Shown: positions 62,975 through 64,000 of the stretch, one piece after another
How the letters are laid out: the number at the start of each line of letters is the position of its first letter
How positions within the stretch are numbered: the stretch's first letter is position 1
Assembly: GCA_047495785.1 (NCBI GenBank)
Contig: JBLDXI010000001.1
Span: forward strand, 558,001-622,000
DNA length: 64,000 nucleotides
Direction of reading: 5' to 3'
Origin: Lepidodermella squamata
Taxonomy: Eukaryota > Animalia > Gastrotricha
The notes under the pieces: generated by a model
The model's input: the letters and a program-made list of their open reading frames with translations, nothing else
What the model was told of the DNA's origin: nothing
The model's database searches: none
Made by a program: the position numbers and the translations under genes

Positions 62975-64000
62975 TGAAGCTCAATGTAACCTGGCGTTGA
63001 CTGTTTGATGCAACACGTAGTAATTCCTTTAGATGAGAAAACGTCGTATTTTTCTTGAATCATCAATATATTGCTCGTTTGATCGGTTCTGTTACCTGTG
63101 AAGCTATGCCAATCTATGCATCATTATTTTGGATATTCGGCGTATACTCATTTCTATCAAGCTATTACATCAACCTGTACTTTTTTGAATGCGTAAGAAC
63201 ATGAAAATGTGAATGCATTCGAAATCGAGGCCAACCTAGAGGTGCATCGTAAAGCATTTCAGTCTTTTTGTTATATGTATATATTTCTCTATCCCGGACC
63301 ATTGCAATCCCGGAACCAAAATACCGCCCATCCGCAATTTTCCCAAGTCAAAGCTTACTATATGATTACCGGTAACCGAGAGGCTTTTTCTTTTCTATAT
63401 AATGTCTTTCGCCGAAACATTCCTTACAACATATGAGCCTTAAAAACAGCTATCCTGTAGCGTATTGACTTTTTGCAGCATTGCAGCCTTGAAACAGCTT
63501 ATTTCTTGCACTATTATGATCGGCACTCGCATGAAATTATTGAATTTTTGATTAATTAGATCAAATTAAGAATTTTACTTCGCATTCTTTAATTTCTTGA
63601 AATTATTTATATATCATTTTCTTATTATTTTGTATTTTGTTGTCACTTATTTTCTGAAGTACAAAATCATTTTAGTTTGTAACTTTACCCCGTAATACAA
63701 ATACAATCATATCGGATCCTTCTGTGAAATCTGAATAATAAAAATTGAGCTTCAATTAGTCAATCATTTTATTATTCCTTATTCAAATCGAAAATGTGGT
63801 ATTGCGTTTTATGCGATCTATGTATATAGTTAACCAATTCGAACAAGCGGACGCCAGGCACCCCAGACCGAGAATTTCATCATTGTCATTCTGATATGAA
63901 GAGCGCAAAATTTGTAATATACTCACTGTAATCATATTCAAGAAAACATAAGCAATATTTGTTGTTTTTTCGGTAATTTGTTTGCATTCAATTCGTTTTC

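Overview
Gene-dense genomic DNA from an animal with a compact genome: standard code, mostly 40-60 nt introns, very short intergenic gaps. The species cannot be named from sequence alone. Housekeeping genes flank both ends. Left: MRPS27, INTS10-like, RPN2 and an ankyrin-DHHC palmitoyltransferase. Right: HAUS6, eIF4E2/4EHP, C2CD5 and a SAXO-like gene. Between them is a ~42 kb island (10.7-52.7 kb) made almost entirely of secreted or cell-surface proteins. It holds five paralogous anion-type Cys-loop channel subunits with unusual pore and ligand-loop residues, and nine S1A serine protease-family genes: six single active proteases, one pseudoprotease-protease fusion and two cationic pseudoproteases. 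It also holds a divergent GABA-B-like class C GPCR, a His/Arg/Lys-rich secreted peptide precursor, a LamG/pentraxin-like secreted protein and one orphan ORF. Two small non-autonomous DNA transposons and a LINE 3' remnant are also present. Exon boundaries were assembled by eye, and family calls rest on recognised motifs, not database searches.
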